This document shows positions 60,199 through 64,000 of a stretch of 64,000 bases of DNA, in pieces; positions within the stretch are counted from its first letter, which is position 1; each line of letters opens with the position of its first letter. The stretch spans positions 43,490-107,489 of the forward strand of contig JAJTGR010000011.1 in NCBI GenBank assembly GCA_021299375.1, in the 5' to 3' direction. The translations under genes were made by a program, and so were the position numbers. This DNA comes from Gemmatimonadota bacterium (GTDB lineage: Bacteria > Gemmatimonadota > Gemmatimonadetes > Gemmatimonadales > Gemmatimonadaceae). A model generated the notes under the pieces. The model was not told the DNA's origin, did not search any database, and saw nothing but the letters and a program-made list of their open reading frames with translations.

Positions 60199-61340
60199 TG
60201 CTCTACGTCCTGCTGCAGCCGTTCGCGCGCCACATCAGCGTGCTGAACCTCCTCAACTACATCACCTTCCGCGCGGCGGCCGCCTTCGTCTCGGCGCTCC
60301 TGGTGTGCTTCGTGTTCGGCCCCGCCATCATCCGTCGGTTGCGGGCCATGTCGGTGCACCAGGTCGTGCGGGCGGGTACCCCCGACTCGCATGCGGGCAA
60401 GGGCACCACCCCCACCATGGGCGGCCTGATCATCCTTTTGGCGACGTTCCTGCCGGTGCTGCTGTGGGCCCGGCTCGACAATCGCTACGTGCTGCTGGCG
60501 GTAGCGGTCACGGTATGGATGGGGGCCATCGGTTTCCTCGACGACTACCTCAAGCTCAAGCAGAAGCGCGAGGGGAAAAAGAACGAAGGGCTCGTGGAAC
60601 GCTACAAGCTGGCCGGGCAGGTGCTCTGCGGTCTCGGACTCGGCACGTATCTCCTGCTCGACCCCATCAGCACCCTGCCGGGCGCGAGCACCACGCTGCC
60701 GTTCTTCAAGTACGTGCTGGTGGTGCCGGCCGTCGCGTGGGCCGCCTGGCTGTACATCCCGTGGGTCACGTTCATTCTCACCGGCGTGAGCAACGCGGTG
60801 AACCTCACCGACGGCCTCGATGGCCTGTCGTCGGGGCTGGTGGCCATTGCCGTGCTGACGCTCGGGCTGTTTGCCTACCTGCTTGGCCGCGTCGATGCGA
60901 GCCGGTATCTGCAACTCTTCTACCTGCCCGGGGCCGGGGAACTCACGGTCTTCTGTGCGGCGGTCGTGGGGGCGTGCATAGGCTTTCTCTGGTACAATGC
61001 ACATCCGGCACAGGTGTTCATGGGCGACACCGGCTCGCTGGCGCTCGGTGGGGCGGTGGGTGCGATTGCGATCCTGCTCAAGAGCGAGTTCCTGCTGCTC
61101 ATCGTGGGCGCCGTGTTCGTGGCCGAAACGCTGTCGGTCATTATCCAGCGCACGGTGTTCAAGTACCGCCGTCGCCGGTACGGGCTGGCCTATGCGCAGC
61201 AACACCGGGTGTTTCGCCGGGCGCCGCTGCACCATCACTTCGAGATGATCGGGTGGCCGGAGACACAGGTGGTGGTACGCTTCTGGATCATCGGGGTGTT
61301 GTGCGCGATCCTCGCGCTCAGTACGCTCAAGCTGCGCTGA
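60198..61340 (+). CDS. mraY: Phospho-MurNAc-pentapeptide translocase
   Basis: KGTTPTMGG, GFLDDY, NAVNLTDGLDGL, PAQVFMGDTGS, APLHHHFE, WPETQVV.RFW. Confidence 0.97.
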   Translation: MLYVLLQPFARHISVLNLLNYITFRAAAAFVSALLVCFVFGPAIIRRLRAMSVHQVVRAGTPDSHAGKGTTPTMGGLIILLATFLPVLLWARLDNRYVLLAVAVTVWMGAIGFLDDYLKLKQKREGKKNEGLVERYKLAGQVLCGLGLGTYLLLDPISTLPGASTTLPFFKYVLVVPAVAWAAWLYIPWVTFILTGVSNAVNLTDGLDGLSSGLVAIAVLTLGLFAYLLGRVDASRYLQLFYLPGAGELTVFCAAVVGACIGFLWYNAHPAQVFMGDTGSLALGGAVGAIAILLKSEFLLLIVGAVFVAETLSVIIQRTVFKYRRRRYGLAYAQQHRVFRRAPLHHHFEMIGWPETQVVVRFWIIGVLCAILALSTLKLR

Positions 61341-61354
61341 CGGAGGGGGGCTGC

Positions 61355-62785
61355 ATGGCTGACACCCGCCTGCCGCAGGAGATCGCGTCGCTCGTGGCCC
61401 GGCGCTTGGCCGAGCGCCGTGGCGAGTTCGCCGTGATCGGCCTCGGGCGCAGTGGCGTGGCCGCGGCCTGCCTGCTGCGCAAGGCGGGACTGTCCGTGTA
61501 CGCGTCGGATGCGTCGGGCAGTGACGCGGTACGGGTGGCGGCGGCGCAGTTGGAGCGGGAGGGGGCCAGCGTCGACGTGGGCACACACAACCTCGATCGC
61601 ATCGCGCAGGCCGAGGTTGTGGTGGTGAGCCCTGGCGTGCCGCCCACGGCGGCGCCCCTGCGGGCCGCGGAAGCCGCGGGTGTGCCGGTGGTGAGCGAGG
61701 TGGAGATCGCCCTGCGCCTGGCGCCCGGGCTGCGCTACATCGCCGTCACCGGGACGAACGGCAAGACCACCACGACCGCGCTTGTCGGGCATCTGTTGCG
61801 GGCCCTCGGGCATGACGCCCCCGAGGTGGGGAACATCGGCACCCCGGTGTCGGAGCTGCCGTTGCGCGCCGAACCGCCGGCGTGGGCGGCCCTCGAGATG
61901 TCGTCGTTCCAGCTGCACGACACCCCGGGCATCATGCCCGACGTGGGCGTGCTCACGACGCTGAGTCCCGATCATCTCGATCGGTACCCGGACGTGGCCG
62001 CGTATTATGCCGACAAGAAGCGGCTGTTTGCCAACGCGGCGCCCACATCGCGGTGGGTGACCACCGCTGACAACGCGGACGTGCCCGAACTCATTCGCGG
62101 GGTGCCAGGGCAGTGGCACCACTTTTCAACGGTGCGCCGTGACGTGGACGCCTGGTACGATCGGGAAGCGGGGGTGCTGCATGTGCTGGGGGCCCCGCTC
62201 GTGCGGCGCGGTGACGTCGCGCTGGCGGGAGACCACAACGTGGGCAATGTGCTGGCCGCAGTGCTGGCGGTCATGATCGCCGACCCGTCCCATCGCACCG
62301 CCACGGCGCGCACGACGCTGGCCGCCGCTGTGCGGACCTTTCGCGCGTTGCCGCACCGCCTCGAGCCGGTGGAGGACTCGCACACGGTGCTCTGGCTGAA
62401 CGACTCGAAGGCCACAAACGTGGCCTCCACGCTGGTCGCCCTTGCCGGCATGACGCGGCCCACGGTGGTGCTGCTGGGCGGCCGGCACAAGGGCGAACCG
62501 TACACGACGCTCGTGCCGGAGCTGCTGCGCACCGCGCGGGCGGTGCTGGCCTACGGTGCGGCGGGTGCGTTGATCACCGCCGACCTCGAGGCTCCACTGC
62601 ACGGGCGTGTGCCGGTGGAGCACATGGGCGACGCGTCGTTCCGCGCCGTGGTGCAGCGCGCCCGGGCTCTTGCGCGACCCGGCGACGTCATCCTGCTGTC
62701 GCCCGCCTGCTCCAGCTACGATATGTTCGCCAACTACGAAGAGCGGGGCCGGGCGTTTGCAGCCCTCGCGCGGGAGCTTGCCTGA
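61355..62785 (+). CDS. murD: UDP-MurNAc-L-Ala:D-Glu ligase
   Basis: GLGRSG, SPGVP, TGTNGKTTTT, GNIG, EMSSFQL, PDHLDRY, HRLE, NDSKATN, LSPACSSYDMF.NYEERG. Confidence 0.96.
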   Translation: MADTRLPQEIASLVARRLAERRGEFAVIGLGRSGVAAACLLRKAGLSVYASDASGSDAVRVAAAQLEREGASVDVGTHNLDRIAQAEVVVVSPGVPPTAAPLRAAEAAGVPVVSEVEIALRLAPGLRYIAVTGTNGKTTTTALVGHLLRALGHDAPEVGNIGTPVSELPLRAEPPAWAALEMSSFQLHDTPGIMPDVGVLTTLSPDHLDRYPDVAAYYADKKRLFANAAPTSRWVTTADNADVPELIRGVPGQWHHFSTVRRDVDAWYDREAGVLHVLGAPLVRRGDVALAGDHNVGNVLAAVLAVMIADPSHRTATARTTLAAAVRTFRALPHRLEPVEDSHTVLWLNDSKATNVASTLVALAGMTRPTVVLLGGRHKGEPYTTLVPELLRTARAVLAYGAAGALITADLEAPLHGRVPVEHMGDASFRAVVQRARALARPGDVILLSPACSSYDMFANYEERGRAFAALARELA

Positions 62786-63963
62786 TGGACGCGACGACCA
62801 GGGAACGCTGGCGCATGACCGTCGAGGCGCGGGCCCTCGTGCTGGTCACGGCCGTGCTCGTGGCCGTTGGTCTGGCGGTGCTGTACAGCGCAAGCGCCCT
62901 GCAGGCGGTGTCCAAGGGCAGCCCGGGCCACTTCTTCCTCTTGCGGCAGGCGCTCGGTGTCGCGGTGGGCGCGGTGGCGTTTGCCGTGCTGGCCAAGCTG
63001 GACGCCGAGCACTGGCGCCGCTGGGCGTGGCCCATCATGGGGCTCGGGCTGTTCCTGATGCTTGCCGTGTTCATCCCCGGTCTCAACGCGTACGGGAAGG
63101 AGTTCCATGGGGCTCGCCGCTACCTGTTTGGCGGGTCGCTGCAGCCATCGGAGTTCGCCAAGTTCGCAATCCTGGTGTGGACACCCATGCTCATCGTGAA
63201 GAAGGGCCCGGCGCTCCGGCAATTCGGCAAGGGGCTGGTGCCCTTTGCCATCGTGATCGGCGCGTTGTGTGTGCTGGCGGCGAGCGAGCCCGACATCTCC
63301 ATGGCCATCACCTACGCGTTGCTGTTGGCGGTGCTCCTGTTCGCGGGCGGCTGCCGTCTCGCGCATCTGGCGCTCGCGGGGAGCGTGGCCCTGTTCGCGC
63401 TGGGTGCCGTGGCCATGTCCAAGCCGCACGTCCGCGAGCGTGTGCGCAGCTTCCTCGCCGGGGAACAGGTTACGACCGAGCGCGTGGCGAGTACGGGCGA
63501 TCAGCAATACCAGTCGCTGGTCGCGGTCGGCTCGGGAGGCCTGCTGGGGGTGGGCTTCAGTCAGGGCAATCAGCAGCGTGGCTGGCTGCCGCTCGCCTAC
63601 AACGACTTCATCGGCTCGATCGTCGGCGAGGAACTTGGCTTCGTCGGGCTTGCCGGCATCACGCTGGCGTTCGCGCTCTACGGCTGGCTCGGCTTCCGCA
63701 TCGCGCGGCAGGCCCGAAGTCCGTACTGCGCGCTGCTCGCCATCGGCCTGACCTTCACCACCGTGTTCACGGCTTTCGTGCATCTCGGGGTGGTCATCGG
63801 CCTGGTGTTCAACACCGGCCTCACGTTGCCGTTTGTCTCCTACGGGCGGTCGAACCTGCTGCTCACCCTCGCCATGACCGGTATGCTGGTCAACATTGGC
63901 AGCACTCGGGAACGAGTGTACGGCGTGGCGGCTACCGACCCGCTGGCGCCGTCGCTCGCATGA
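62785..63963 (+). CDS. ftsW: Peptidoglycan polymerase FtsW (SEDS)
   Basis: LYSAS, GARRY..GSLQPSEFAK, EPD, YQS..A.GSGG, LP.AYNDFI.SIVGEELG, GLTLPFVSYG. Confidence 0.93.
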   Translation: MDATTRERWRMTVEARALVLVTAVLVAVGLAVLYSASALQAVSKGSPGHFFLLRQALGVAVGAVAFAVLAKLDAEHWRRWAWPIMGLGLFLMLAVFIPGLNAYGKEFHGARRYLFGGSLQPSEFAKFAILVWTPMLIVKKGPALRQFGKGLVPFAIVIGALCVLAASEPDISMAITYALLLAVLLFAGGCRLAHLALAGSVALFALGAVAMSKPHVRERVRSFLAGEQVTTERVASTGDQQYQSLVAVGSGGLLGVGFSQGNQQRGWLPLAYNDFIGSIVGEELGFVGLAGITLAFALYGWLGFRIARQARSPYCALLAIGLTFTTVFTAFVHLGVVIGLVFNTGLTLPFVSYGRSNLLLTLAMTGMLVNIGSTRERVYGVAATDPLAPSLA

Positions 63964-64000
63964 CGGCCGTGCGGGTGCTGTTCGCCGGGGGCGGCACCGG
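63960..64000 (+). CDS. murG: MurG N-terminus (runs off the window edge)
   Basis: ATGA overlap with the ftsW stop; MTAVRVLFAGGGT(G); canonical position in dcw. Confidence 0.85.
   Translation, partial: MTAVRVLFAGGGT

Noticed and set aside
60305-61354. N-terminal extension of MurD (826-aa ORF) or fusion with MraY
   Set aside because: It overlaps mraY in another frame; MurD has its own GGAGG and ATG at 61355. The extended ORFs for SDR, CheB, DUF4388 and CheY are the same kind of artefact.

Overview
High-GC bacterial chromosomal window. The gene content (expanded carboxypeptidase-regulatory/plug proteins, S9/M28 peptidases, CruG-like GT2, DivIVA in a diderm, dcw order) points to Gemmatimonadota; this is an inference. 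1-21.5 kb: thrA (partial)-thrC, a degenerate SDR, a 15-bp minisatellite, secreted hydrolases, a MenA1/MenT1-like nucleotidyltransferase toxin-antitoxin pair, a GT2, pfpI, glnK-amtB, and two unlisted small ORFs. 21.5-51.4 kb: a long, mostly translationally coupled plus-strand run, tilS-hpt-ftsH-DUF2723-yggS-divIVA-pnp-ileS-dksA-lspA-lspA-rluA. It continues directly into an unusual signalling cluster: cheW-cheY-cheA-cheC-TPR-DUF4388-mglA-(tandem DnaA-type AAA+)-DUF4388/TPR-cheD-cheB-cheW-TPR-peptidase MA-small membrane protein. That cluster has no chemoreceptor, CheR or MglB gene. It is followed by tRNA-Val(TAC), a secreted TPR protein, and the start of the dcw cluster (rsmH-ftsL-ftsI-murE-murF-mraY-murD-ftsW-murG partial) with no mraZ. 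The best candidate for an undescribed system is the chemosensory/MglA/DnaA-like AAA+/DUF4388 cluster. All family calls come from motif recognition by eye; no searches were run.
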